The notes under the pieces: generated by a model | The model's database searches: none | Told to the model about the DNA's origin: nothing | The model's input: only the letters and a program-made list of their open reading frames with translations | DNA from: Flavobacteriales bacterium | Lineage (GTDB): Bacteria; Bacteroidota; Bacteroidia; NS11-12g; UBA955 | Reading direction: 5' to 3' | NCBI GenBank assembly: GCA_002737705.1 | Contig: NSIM01000001.1 | Coordinates: forward strand, 66,472-130,471 | DNA length: 64,000 nucleotides | Made by a program: the position numbers and the translations under genes | Part shown: piece by piece, positions 49,008 through 58,160 of the stretch | Position numbering within the stretch: position 1 is the stretch's first letter | Layout: each line of letters opens with the position of its first letter

Positions 49008-49959
49008 TGCCACTGAAAAAGCCCAAGAATTTACCCTAAAAATTGCCCAATTAAAAGCGGAAATTGGCAAGATTATAGTGGGACAGAATGAGGTAGTTGA
49101 TGCCCTTATCAATGCTGTTTTTTGCCATGGGCATGTGTTATTGGTGGGCGTTCCAGGATTAGCCAAGACATTGTTGGTAAAGACATTGTCTCAAATATTG
49201 GACCTGTCCTTTAACCGAATTCAGTTTACACCCGATTTGATGCCATCTGATATTATTGGGAGTGAGATATTGGACGATGAACGGAAATTTTATTTTGTAA
49301 AAGGGCCCATTTTTGCCAATATTATCTTGGCAGATGAAATTAACCGTACGCCACCCAAAACCCAGGCAGCTTTATTAGAGGCCATGCAGGAACGCCAGGT
49401 AACCGTTGCGGGAAATCAGTACAATCTCGACCAACCTTTTTTTGTTTTGGCCACCCAAAATCCCATAGAACAAGAGGGTACTTATCCATTGCCTGAGGCC
49501 CAATTAGATCGATTTATGTTTCAAGTAATACTCGACTATCCTTCGTATGAAGAGGAGGTGCGCATTCTAAAACAAACCACTGGGAACAACCATTCGGCAG
49601 TCAATTCAGTTCTCAATGCTGCCGATATTCAACTGTATCAAGAATTGGTGCGCGAAGTTCCCGTTACCGATTACGTCTATAATCAGGTGGTTGAATTGGT
49701 TCAAAAAACCCGTCCCAATGCAGCAGCAGGACACCCATTGGCGACCAAATATTTGTCTTATGGTGCTGGACCCCGTGCTGGGCAGAATTTAATTTTGGCC
49801 GCAAAATGTCATGCCTTAATGAACGGAAAATACAATGTAGACATGGAAGACATCGTGGCTGTTTCCAAATGGGTTTTGCGGCACCGCTTTGTTCGCAATT
49901 TCAAAGCGGAGGCTGAGGGAATCTCTACAGATCAAATTATTGCTGAGATTTTCAAATAA
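49000..49959 (+). CDS. MoxR-family AAA+ ATPase
   Basis: GVPGLAKT, RIQFTPDLMPSDI, DEINRTPPKTQ, ATQNPIEQEGTYPLPEAQLDRF. Confidence 0.95.
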   Translation: MINATEKAQEFTLKIAQLKAEIGKIIVGQNEVVDALINAVFCHGHVLLVGVPGLAKTLLVKTLSQILDLSFNRIQFTPDLMPSDIIGSEILDDERKFYFVKGPIFANIILADEINRTPPKTQAALLEAMQERQVTVAGNQYNLDQPFFVLATQNPIEQEGTYPLPEAQLDRFMFQVILDYPSYEEEVRILKQTTGNNHSAVNSVLNAADIQLYQELVREVPVTDYVYNQVVELVQKTRPNAAAGHPLATKYLSYGAGPRAGQNLILAAKCHALMNGKYNVDMEDIVAVSKWVLRHRFVRNFKAEAEGISTDQIIAEIFK

Positions 49960-49965
49960 GCATTG

Positions 49966-50601
49966 TTATTTCTTTTTTTCACGGCTTCCAATGACAGAAC
50001 AAATTGGACAATTTCCCGTATTATGACCGCGCGCTTTGCAATACTCCCTTCCAAAAAAAATAATTTGAAGGTGAATTTTATTCCATATTTCAGGATTGAA
50101 AAGTCGTTTGAGGTCACGTTCTGTTTCTATAACTGTATGGGCCGCGCTTAATTTCCAACGGTATGCCAAACGATGTATATGTGTGTCTACTGGGAAAGCA
50201 GGTATTCCAAAGGCCTGAGACATTACCACCGAGGCTGTTTTATGTCCAACAGAAGGCATGGCCTCCAAGGCTTCAAATGATTGGGGCACAGAACCTCCAT
50301 GAAGGTCCATAATCATTTTTGATAATCCCCAAATGCCTTTGCTTTTGGCAGGAGACAATCCGCAGGGTTTGATAATCTCCCGGATTTCTTCTATGCTAAG
50401 TTTTAACATATCTTCCGGGGTTTTGGCAAGCGAAAAAAGCTTAGGGGTAATTTGATTGACTCGAATATCAGTACATTGGGCGCTGAGTAAAACCGATATT
50501 AACAATGTATAAGCATCTGTATGGTCTAAGGGTATTGGGGTTTTTGGGTATAAATTTTCGAGCGTATCGAGGATAAATTGGACGCGTTGCTTTTTATTCA
50601 C
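49966..50601 (-). CDS. nth: Endonuclease III
   Basis: LLSAQCTD, HhH motif VGHKTA, FPVDTHIHR; variant C-terminal Cys cluster. Confidence 0.93.
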   Translation of the reverse strand: MNKKQRVQFILDTLENLYPKTPIPLDHTDAYTLLISVLLSAQCTDIRVNQITPKLFSLAKTPEDMLKLSIEEIREIIKPCGLSPAKSKGIWGLSKMIMDLHGGSVPQSFEALEAMPSVGHKTASVVMSQAFGIPAFPVDTHIHRLAYRWKLSAAHTVIETERDLKRLFNPEIWNKIHLQIIFFGREYCKARGHNTGNCPICSVIGSREKKK

Positions 50602-50604
50602 GGA

Positions 50605-51585
50605 TCAGAAGAATTGATATAACAATGGAATTTTTCCCAGCGGGGTATTCGAAAAAGCGCTTGCAATGGTGGCCATTGCGATGGGCTTTTGCAAGGTGTC
50701 TGCGCATTGTTTTTCAAAGACAGAATTTCCATGTTCATCGTTCAGGGAAATAGTGCAAATCATTCCCCTTTCCACTTCCATATTGAGTCGTAAGTCTTGC
50801 GTATGTTCATTGTTTGAATTTGGAAAGGAAATAGTGCGGGTATGAATATAGTTTGGGGAATATCCTAAAATCCATGCTTCGGTTTCGAATTTTTCTGTCT
50901 GCAGGCGTATAATTGAGGTTGTTTCTTGTTCCGAAAACCCAGAGATATTTGCCAATAGCAAGGGGGCTAATGCTTGGCTTAGTTGCACAATACTTTGCTC
51001 TATTTGCATGAGTTGTGGAAAATGGTCTGCAAGATTTGTAACCTCACTGCGGACACTCCTTACGGATCTATCGCTATACGTACCTTCGGTTTGGAGAACC
51101 CTGCTGAGTTTTTTGAGATTCGCATTTAGCAATAAAGTTCCGTGGTGCAATACCCTTTTTTTTTGTTGCATGAGGTGTTGGGCGTTTCCACTGATTTTTT
51201 TCCCTTTGTAAAGCAAATCGTGCCTTTGGCTATAGCTTGTCTCAATGCCCATTTTTAGCAGCGCTTTGCGCACGGGCTCTAAAAATCGTTTGTAATCAAT
51301 GGCATTGTCTAGAGATGTTTCTAGCCCTTGGATAAAGGTAAAATTGACATTGCCCAAGTCTTGGTAAACTGTACCACCGCCGCTAACGCGGCGGGCAGGA
51401 AAAATACCCAATTCTTTGCACAGGGAATAATTAATTTCAGCGCAAATTCCTTGATTTTTCCCACATACCACCGCCGATTGACTTCGCCATAACATGCAAA
51501 TATTTTCTTGGGTATGCTGCAAAAAATACGCTTCTGCTGCAAGGTTAAAGTATACATCCGTAAATGGACTAACAATTAGCCTCAT
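50605..51585 (-). CDS. lplA: Lipoate-protein ligase A
   Basis: [46 protein letters not shown]. Confidence 0.9.
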   Translation of the reverse strand: MRLIVSPFTDVYFNLAAEAYFLQHTQENICMLWRSQSAVVCGKNQGICAEINYSLCKELGIFPARRVSGGGTVYQDLGNVNFTFIQGLETSLDNAIDYKRFLEPVRKALLKMGIETSYSQRHDLLYKGKKISGNAQHLMQQKKRVLHHGTLLLNANLKKLSRVLQTEGTYSDRSVRSVRSEVTNLADHFPQLMQIEQSIVQLSQALAPLLLANISGFSEQETTSIIRLQTEKFETEAWILGYSPNYIHTRTISFPNSNNEHTQDLRLNMEVERGMICTISLNDEHGNSVFEKQCADTLQKPIAMATIASAFSNTPLGKIPLLYQFF

Positions 51586-52331
51586 GGCTCTACACTGGTA
51601 TTTTCATTGCGCCGCAACTCGAAATTTTGCCCTAGGTATACTTTTCTGACCAGGGCGTCGTTTGCGAGTTCTTCGGCGCTCCCGTGCTTTAACAATTTTC
51701 CTTCAAATAATAAATAGGCCCGATCGGTAATGGTGAGGGTCTCCCTCACATTGTGGTCGGTTATAAGTATGCCAATATTTTTCTCTTTGAGTTTGGATAC
51801 AATGTGTTGGATGTCTTCTACGGCAATGGGATCGACGCCTGCGAATGGTTCGTCGAGAAGGATAAATTTTGGGTCCGTTGCCAATGCTCGTGCAATTTCA
51901 GTTCGTCGTCGTTCGCCTCCGCTGAGTACCTTTCCCAAATTCTTTCTAACTTTTTCCAGACCAAATTCAGCGATGAGGGTCTCAAGTTTTTCGGACTGCT
52001 CTAGGATGCTGAGTTTTGTCATTTCGAGTATTGCCTGAATGTTTTCTTCAACACTTAATTCACGGAATACTGAAGCCTCTTGGGGCAAGTAACCAATACC
52101 CTGTTTTGCTCTCTTAAACATTGGCCATGCTGTAATTTCTGTATCACCCAAAAAAACAGATCCCTCATCAGGGCGGACCAAGCCCACAAACATATAAAAC
52201 GAAGTGGTTTTCCCGGCACCATTTGGGCCCAATAAACCTACAATTTCTCCTTGGTTCACTTCAACATTTACGCCATCTACAACGCGTTTGGCGCCGTATT
52301 GCTTTACAAGATTCTCTGCGCGAAGTTTCAT
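51582..52331 (-). CDS. lptB: LPS export ABC transporter ATPase LptB
   Basis: [48 protein letters not shown]. Confidence 0.96.
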   Translation of the reverse strand: MKLRAENLVKQYGAKRVVDGVNVEVNQGEIVGLLGPNGAGKTTSFYMFVGLVRPDEGSVFLGDTEITAWPMFKRAKQGIGYLPQEASVFRELSVEENIQAILEMTKLSILEQSEKLETLIAEFGLEKVRKNLGKVLSGGERRRTEIARALATDPKFILLDEPFAGVDPIAVEDIQHIVSKLKEKNIGILITDHNVRETLTITDRAYLLFEGKLLKHGSAEELANDALVRKVYLGQNFELRRNENTSVEP

Positions 52332-52336
52332 GATTA

Positions 52337-52344
52337 CAAAGATA
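52337..52344 (-). promoter_or_regulatory. -7 box TATCTTTG, 5 nt before the lptB ATG
   Basis: Consensus match. Confidence 0.68.
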
Positions 52345-52459
52345 GGATTTTCAACATTGTTCGGCTCTCCCTATCAAAAGGATGGCCGATTAATCTTTTT
52401 TGAAGGCGATTGCCTGTGAAATTTCGATGATTATGGGTGGTTTTCCCGATTGGGATAAA

Positions 52460-52494
52460 ATAAAAGGGCTTCCATTGTTTGAAAGCCCTTTTAT
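52460..52494. terminator. Perfect 12-bp hairpin ATAAAAGGGCTT/AAGCCCTTTTAT; possible bidirectional terminator
   Basis: Inverted repeat with A/T flanks between the lptB and ffs promoters. Confidence 0.5.
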
Positions 52495-52511
52495 GGATTC
52501 TATTTATTTAG

Positions 52512-52519
52512 TAACTTTG
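52512..52519 (+). promoter_or_regulatory. -7 box TAACTTTG of ffs
   Basis: Consensus match 4 nt before the first paired base of the SRP RNA. Confidence 0.75.
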
Positions 52520-52523
52520 TATT

Positions 52524-52604
52524 GGCGGTACGGCCAGCTCCCCATTCACTTCCCCAGGGCCGGAAGGCAGCAAGGAAAATGGGTTGTAGCGGCGCGATAC
52601 CGCC
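52524..52604 (+). ncRNA. ffs: Signal recognition particle RNA (4.5S, small bacterial type)
   Basis: Conserved domain IV CAGGGCC-GGAA-GGCAGCA; terminal stem GGCGGTA/TACCGCC; followed by a T6 tract; own promoter. Confidence 0.93.
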
Positions 52605-52619
52605 TTTTTTATTGAACAG

Positions 52620-52666
52620 ATTTACCCTAATTGTGCGTGAATTACACCAATTTTTTTAGGGCAAAT
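52620..52666 (-). terminator. Probable terminator hairpin after the DEAD-box helicase
   Basis: ATTTACCCTAA/TTAGGGCAAAT inverted repeat immediately after the stop codon. Confidence 0.5.
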
Positions 52667-52668
52667 TA

Positions 52669-54090
52669 TTAATAGCGGGTATTTGATTTCTTTGCGCCAT
52701 TGTTTCCAGCACCCCAACGGTTGTTATTGGTATTGGAGTTTCCTCCGCGGTATCGAGTACTTGGCCGACTTTCATTGGCACCTTGGCTGCCGCCATTGCT
52801 GCGATTATCCGAAGAATCTCCGTTGTTTGTGCTGCGCGTCGCATTTCTGTTGCCATAGCCACCACCAGGGTTGCCACCGCGATAATTGCTTTTACTGGCC
52901 GAATAGCCTCGGTGGAAGCTATTGCCCCCGCCACCCCCGCCACCAGAACGGCGTTGTGGTAATTCAATGCGGTAATCATGTTCCATTTCGGTGATACACT
53001 CGCGGCCGTGTACTTTGTATATTTGATCCAAGAGGTTGGCTTCTGAACGATCACAAAAAGAAATTGCAATCCCCTCAGCGCCTGCCCTGCCTGTACGTCC
53101 AATGCGGTGCGTATGTGTATCGGCATCCAATGCCATATCATAGTTTAATACGTAATTCAACTCTTTGATGTCCATTCCACGCGCTGCTACATCAGTTGCA
53201 ATCAGTAATTTTGCCCTTCCGCGTCTAAATGTATCCAAATTGTTCGAACGTTCGCGTTGGCTCTTATCGCCATGAATAGCTACTGCTGAATAGCCATCAA
53301 TTTTGAGACTTTTAACCAATTTGTCGGCTCCGTGTTTTGTTTTTGAGAACACCAACATCGACTCTACTTTTGGGTCTTCGAGCATGTCGCACAACAAATT
53401 GTATTTGTTATTGCGATCTACTGCGAACAACCACTGCGTAATTTTGGGCTTGTCTTCGTCTGCAGGTAAAATATCAATATGCTCTGGATCTACCAACATG
53501 TCGGCAGCCAATTGCTTTATTTCGCGGGGAGCAGTGGCGGAGAACAACAAGGTTTGCTTGCGTTCAGCCAACATCATTTTGCCAATTTCGCGGATATCGG
53601 CAATAAATCCCATGTCTAGCATGCGATCGCACTCGTCTAGTACAAAGGTTTGAATTCCGGAAAGATCGATAAAACCTTGCTCAATCAGATCGAGTAAACG
53701 TCCTGGAGTTGCAATAATTACCTGACAACCACGGCGAATTTCTTGTACCTGGCGCATTTGTGACACACCGCCATAAACCAAGGCGATGCGCAAGTTTGTT
53801 CCACTGGCGTATTTGCGGAAATTATCAGAAATTTGATGTGCCAATTCACGGGTTGGTGCTAACACCAAAGCGTGTGTTTTGCGCTGGGGTGTGTTGATGA
53901 TTTGTTGAATGATAGGGATGGCGAATGCTGCTGTTTTTCCAGTACCCGTGGGGGCTGTGGCAAACAAGTCGCGTCCTTTTAAAATACTTGGAATGGCCAA
54001 TGCTTGGATTGGCGTGGGTGTGGTGTAGCCTTGTTGTAAAACAGACTTCACCAGGGGACTAATTAGTCCCAGGTTTTCGAATGATTGCAT
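52669..54090 (-). CDS. DEAD-box RNA helicase (RhlE-like; motif II reads DECD) with a G/N/R-rich tail
   Basis: Q motif PTPIQ, APTGTGKT, PTRELA, TPGRL, DECDRMLDMGF, SAT, ARGMD, HRIGRTGR. Confidence 0.94.
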   Translation of the reverse strand: MQSFENLGLISPLVKSVLQQGYTTPTPIQALAIPSILKGRDLFATAPTGTGKTAAFAIPIIQQIINTPQRKTHALVLAPTRELAHQISDNFRKYASGTNLRIALVYGGVSQMRQVQEIRRGCQVIIATPGRLLDLIEQGFIDLSGIQTFVLDECDRMLDMGFIADIREIGKMMLAERKQTLLFSATAPREIKQLAADMLVDPEHIDILPADEDKPKITQWLFAVDRNNKYNLLCDMLEDPKVESMLVFSKTKHGADKLVKSLKIDGYSAVAIHGDKSQRERSNNLDTFRRGRAKLLIATDVAARGMDIKELNYVLNYDMALDADTHTHRIGRTGRAGAEGIAISFCDRSEANLLDQIYKVHGRECITEMEHDYRIELPQRRSGGGGGGGNSFHRGYSASKSNYRGGNPGGGYGNRNATRSTNNGDSSDNRSNGGSQGANESRPSTRYRGGNSNTNNNRWGAGNNGAKKSNTRY

Positions 54091-54100
54091 GTATGTTTTT

Positions 54101-54175
54101 TTTTACTTTCTATATGCGAAACACTTCTGAGTTAGTGTTTTTATCGCAATCGCACTATAAAGCACGGAAGTAAAA
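54101..54175 (-). promoter_or_regulatory. Structured 5' leader (three-way junction) of the helicase mRNA; -7 box TATATTTG at 54203-54210
   Basis: Closing stem UUUUACUU/AAGUAAAA with inner hairpins CGUGCU-UUAU-AGUGCG and AAACACU/AGUGUUU extended by UGCG/CGCA. Confidence 0.55.
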
Positions 54176-54280
54176 GACTGACTCTAGATGAATTAAGCGC
54201 GGCAAATATACAAAAGAATATGGGATAATTGCTACTAATATTAAAAAATAATGCCGATCAGACCCTAAATTTGAATTTCT

Positions 54281-55915
54281 ATGACTCAACAGAATATTCA
54301 ATTTAATAGAAATGAGGATTTGAATAAGCGTGAATGGGACCTGATAAGCGCACGTTTACAAAAGATTTATAGTGGGGGTGGAGAGAAGGCATCAGCCAAA
54401 CAAAAAGAAAAAGGCAAGATGTTGTGTAGGGAGCGGGTAGAATATCTGCGCGACGAGAATACAGAGTGGATAGAATTGGGTGCATTTGCAGGATATGAGA
54501 TGTATCCTGAGCATGGGGGTTGCCCGGCTGGTGGTGTGGTTACTGGCATCGGATATGTGGGTGGACGACAATGTGTGATCGTGGCCAATGACCCAACGGT
54601 AAAAGCTGGTGCCTGGTTTCCGATCACAGGAAAAAAGAATCTGCGTGCCCAAGAAATCGCGATGGAAAATCGGCTACCCATTGTCTATTTGGTAGACAGT
54701 GCAGGGATATTTTTGCCTTTACAAGAAGATATTTTTGCCGATAAAGAACATTTTGGCAGGATGTTTCGCAACAATGCCAAAATGAGCGCCATGGGAATTG
54801 TCCAAATTGCGGCAGTCATGGGAAGCTGTGTAGCCGGGGGTGCGTATTTGCCGATTATGAGCGATGAAGCGCTCATCGTTGAAGGGACTGGCAGTATTTT
54901 CTTGGCAGGCAGTTATTTGGTAAAGGCAGCGATTGGAGAAGAAATAGACAATGAATCATTGGGTGGAGCCGCAACACAAACAGAAATTTCTGGAATCATT
55001 GACGACAAATTTCCCGATGATAAAAGTTGTTTGGATCGGATACGCTATATCATGGATAAAATTGGCAAATACGCGGAAGCAGGATTTAGTCGTGTTAAGC
55101 CCAAGCTTCCTAACAAGAACATGTCGGATATTTGGGGAATTCTTCCCAATGAGCGCAACAAACCGTATGACAGTGCCGAATTGATTTCTCGTATGGTAGA
55201 TGATGGTATTTTTGAGCAATACAAACAGGGATATGGCAAATCAATTTTGTGTGGATATGCCCGTATCGATGGCTGGGCGGTGGGCATCGTGGCAAATAAT
55301 AGACAAATCGTCAAGAGTAAAAAAGGTGAAATGCAGTTTGGTGGCGTGATTTATTCTGACAGTGCCGATAAATCGGCACGGTTTATCATGAATTGCAACC
55401 AAAAGAAAATCCCCTTGGTTTTTTTGCAAGATGTAACCGGATTTATGGTTGGAAGCAGAAGCGAGCAAGGAGGCATCATCAAGGATGGGGCAAAAATGGT
55501 GATGGCCATGAGTAACAGTACAGTACCGAAATTTACAGTCATCATGGGAAATAGTTATGGTGCTGGAAATTATGCGATGTGTGGTAAGGCATATGATCCC
55601 CGATTGATTGTGGCTTGGCCTGGAGCAAAAATTGCGGTGATGGGAGGAGAGCAAGCCGCAAAAACATTGTTGCAGATTGAAAAAGCGAATTTAAAAGCCA
55701 GGGGTGAAATCATCGATCCAACCGTTGAAAAAGAATTGTTGGCCCAAATAACAGACCGATACAATTCACAAACTACGCCTTACTACGCAGCAGCGAGATT
55801 GTGGGTTGATGCCATCATTTCACCCATGGATACTCGAAAATGGATTTCAATGGGTATTGAAGCTGCAAACCATGCACCTGTTATGCCATTTAATCCAGGC
55901 ATTTTGCAGACATGA
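54281..55915 (+). CDS. Acyl-CoA carboxylase beta subunit (methylcrotonyl-CoA carboxylase beta-like)
   Basis: ANDPTVKAG, LVDSAG, GSCVAGGAY, QDVTGFMVG, GAGNYAMCG, AARLWVD. Confidence 0.92.
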   Translation: MTQQNIQFNRNEDLNKREWDLISARLQKIYSGGGEKASAKQKEKGKMLCRERVEYLRDENTEWIELGAFAGYEMYPEHGGCPAGGVVTGIGYVGGRQCVIVANDPTVKAGAWFPITGKKNLRAQEIAMENRLPIVYLVDSAGIFLPLQEDIFADKEHFGRMFRNNAKMSAMGIVQIAAVMGSCVAGGAYLPIMSDEALIVEGTGSIFLAGSYLVKAAIGEEIDNESLGGAATQTEISGIIDDKFPDDKSCLDRIRYIMDKIGKYAEAGFSRVKPKLPNKNMSDIWGILPNERNKPYDSAELISRMVDDGIFEQYKQGYGKSILCGYARIDGWAVGIVANNRQIVKSKKGEMQFGGVIYSDSADKSARFIMNCNQKKIPLVFLQDVTGFMVGSRSEQGGIIKDGAKMVMAMSNSTVPKFTVIMGNSYGAGNYAMCGKAYDPRLIVAWPGAKIAVMGGEQAAKTLLQIEKANLKARGEIIDPTVEKELLAQITDRYNSQTTPYYAAARLWVDAIISPMDTRKWISMGIEAANHAPVMPFNPGILQT

Positions 55916-56171
55916 TTTATCTGGCAATTCTTAGCTTGGGGGTGAATGAAATATAATTTGCACCTGTTGATTGTTTTCTGCAAAAAATTTCTACTTGTGT
56001 GCTGAGATGTTGTATCTGTTGTCAAGAATTCTCGGCTGGAGTATGCCGGTTTTTGGTTTCTTCTACTGCAATTAAATTCTTGAAGTTCTGGGTCTATAGC
56101 CCATAATTTCGCCCTATTTTTGCGGTATTGCGTAAGATTCTTTAAGTATAGGTGCGTGAATACAAAAACAC

Positions 56172-58157
56172 ATGAATTATATATCGGCTGAGGGGCTCAG
56201 TAAAAGTTGGAATGAAAAGGTGTTGTTTAGCAACATCACATTTGGGTTGAGCAAGGGCGATAAAGTTGCACTTATTGCTGGCAATGGTGCAGGAAAGAGT
56301 AGTTTGATGAATATCTTATCAGGAATCGACAAACCTGATTCAGGTTCTTTTAGTATTCGCAAGGAAATTCGTTGGGAATATTTGCAACAAGACCCACAAC
56401 TCAGAGAAGAACTGTCGGTATTAGACAATTTGTTTATCGGGCAAAACCCTTCCATTTTGGCCTTCAAAGAGTATGAGTCTGCGTTATTGGCCTATTCTTA
56501 TGAAGCCACTTCGGAGAATGAAAAACGTTTGGATACAGCAACAACCGAGATGACCCTTACAGAGAGTTGGGACTATGAGGCCAGGGCCAAACAGGTTTTG
56601 GGAAAATTGAGTATTTACGATGCTGATTTGATTAAGCCGGTGGGATTGTTGAGTGGGGGACAAAAAAAACGGGTAGCCTTGGCAAGGGTTCTGATTGATG
56701 TACCGGATTTGTTGATTTTGGATGAGCCTACCAACCATTTGGATTTGGATATGATCGAGTGGTTGGAGGAGTACTTGAGTGATAAAAATCTTACACTATT
56801 GCTTGTTACCCACGACCGATATTTTTTGGATCGTGTGTGCAACCGTATTTTAGAATTGGATCGCGGACAATTATATGTGTACCATGGGAATTACGAGTAT
56901 TTCGTAGAAAAGAAGGCTTTGCGTGAGGAGGTAGAATCCAGTGAACGAGACAAAAATCGCAATACATTTCGCCGTGAATTAGAATGGGTAAGAAAAATGC
57001 CTAAGGCCAGAACTACCAAAAGCAAGTCTCGGGTTGAAGCATTCGATGAGTTGTCAGAAAAGGTGAAAGAACCCTATACCCAACAAGCAGTGCAATTCGG
57101 GGTTAAAATGGAACGATTGGGAACCAAGATTTTGGAAATCAACCACCTTGAAAAATCTTTTGGAGAACTGGAAATCTTAAAAGAATTTACATACACTTTC
57201 AAACGGGGAGAAAAAATAGGCATAGTCGGTCCAAATGGTGTAGGAAAAAGCACTTTGCTAAACATGATTATGGGCTTAGAAAAACCCGATCGCGGCAAAA
57301 TCACACCAGGTGAAACCCTAGTCTTTGGATATTTCTCGCAAAAGGGCATTCAAGTTGATGGAGATAAGAGGGTAGTCGATGTGGTAAAAGACATTGCAGA
57401 ATATCTTCCCTTGGCAGATGGAACCAAACTCACAGCATCACAATTTTTACTTCGTTTTGGCTTTAGCAATGAAACCCAATACAATGTTGTTTCTAGACTG
57501 AGTGGTGGCGAACGCCGAAGACTTTATTTGATGATGGTGTTGATTAAGAATCCAAACTTTTTGATTTTAGACGAGCCCACCAATGATTTGGATATACTTA
57601 CCTTGGCCACCTTGGAAGGCTTTTTGATGGATTATTCTGGCTGTGTACTCATAGTAACCCATGATCGGTATTTTATGGACAAGTTGGTAGACCATGTTTT
57701 TGTCTTTGAAGGACAAGGGAAGGTGCGTGATTATCCAGGAAATTATTCAGACTACCGTTCATGGAAAGACAACCAAGACATGCAAAACCAAGGCAAAAAA
57801 AAATTGGGAACTTCCGCCAAGTCTTACGATGATCCAACACACGCTGCCAATTCAAAATCAGGAACATTGCATGGTGGCGGAGTAAACAATATTCCTTCTA
57901 CAGAATCAAAAGGCACAAACGGGGGCAATAAAAATGTCGAAAAACGAAAGCTTACGTACAAGGAAAAATTTGAGTATGGAGAATTATCCAAAGCCATAGA
58001 AATCTTGGAAAAAAACAAAAAGACACTAGAACAAACGGTTTTGGGATTGACGTTTGAGTTCGAGGAAATTTCGAGAATAACGACCGAAATGGGTGCAATC
58101 AATCATCAATTAGACGAAATGGGAATCCGTTGGCTCGAATTGGGGGAACACATTTAA
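56172..58157 (+). CDS. ABC-F family ATPase (Uup/YfmR-like)
   Basis: Two ABC cassettes (GNGAGKS/LSGGQ/DEPTNHLD and GPNGVGKS/LSGGE/DEPTNDLD), ARTTKSKSR linker, C-terminal KLTYKE...RWLEL domain. Confidence 0.93.
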   Translation: MNYISAEGLSKSWNEKVLFSNITFGLSKGDKVALIAGNGAGKSSLMNILSGIDKPDSGSFSIRKEIRWEYLQQDPQLREELSVLDNLFIGQNPSILAFKEYESALLAYSYEATSENEKRLDTATTEMTLTESWDYEARAKQVLGKLSIYDADLIKPVGLLSGGQKKRVALARVLIDVPDLLILDEPTNHLDLDMIEWLEEYLSDKNLTLLLVTHDRYFLDRVCNRILELDRGQLYVYHGNYEYFVEKKALREEVESSERDKNRNTFRRELEWVRKMPKARTTKSKSRVEAFDELSEKVKEPYTQQAVQFGVKMERLGTKILEINHLEKSFGELEILKEFTYTFKRGEKIGIVGPNGVGKSTLLNMIMGLEKPDRGKITPGETLVFGYFSQKGIQVDGDKRVVDVVKDIAEYLPLADGTKLTASQFLLRFGFSNETQYNVVSRLSGGERRRLYLMMVLIKNPNFLILDEPTNDLDILTLATLEGFLMDYSGCVLIVTHDRYFMDKLVDHVFVFEGQGKVRDYPGNYSDYRSWKDNQDMQNQGKKKLGTSAKSYDDPTHAANSKSGTLHGGGVNNIPSTESKGTNGGNKNVEKRKLTYKEKFEYGELSKAIEILEKNKKTLEQTVLGLTFEFEEISRITTEMGAINHQLDEMGIRWLELGEHI

Positions 58158-58160
58158 GGT

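Noticed and set aside
52656-53141. 161-aa alternative-frame ORF over the helicase tail
   Set aside because: Arises from the low-complexity, stop-poor G/N/R tail; no independent start signal.
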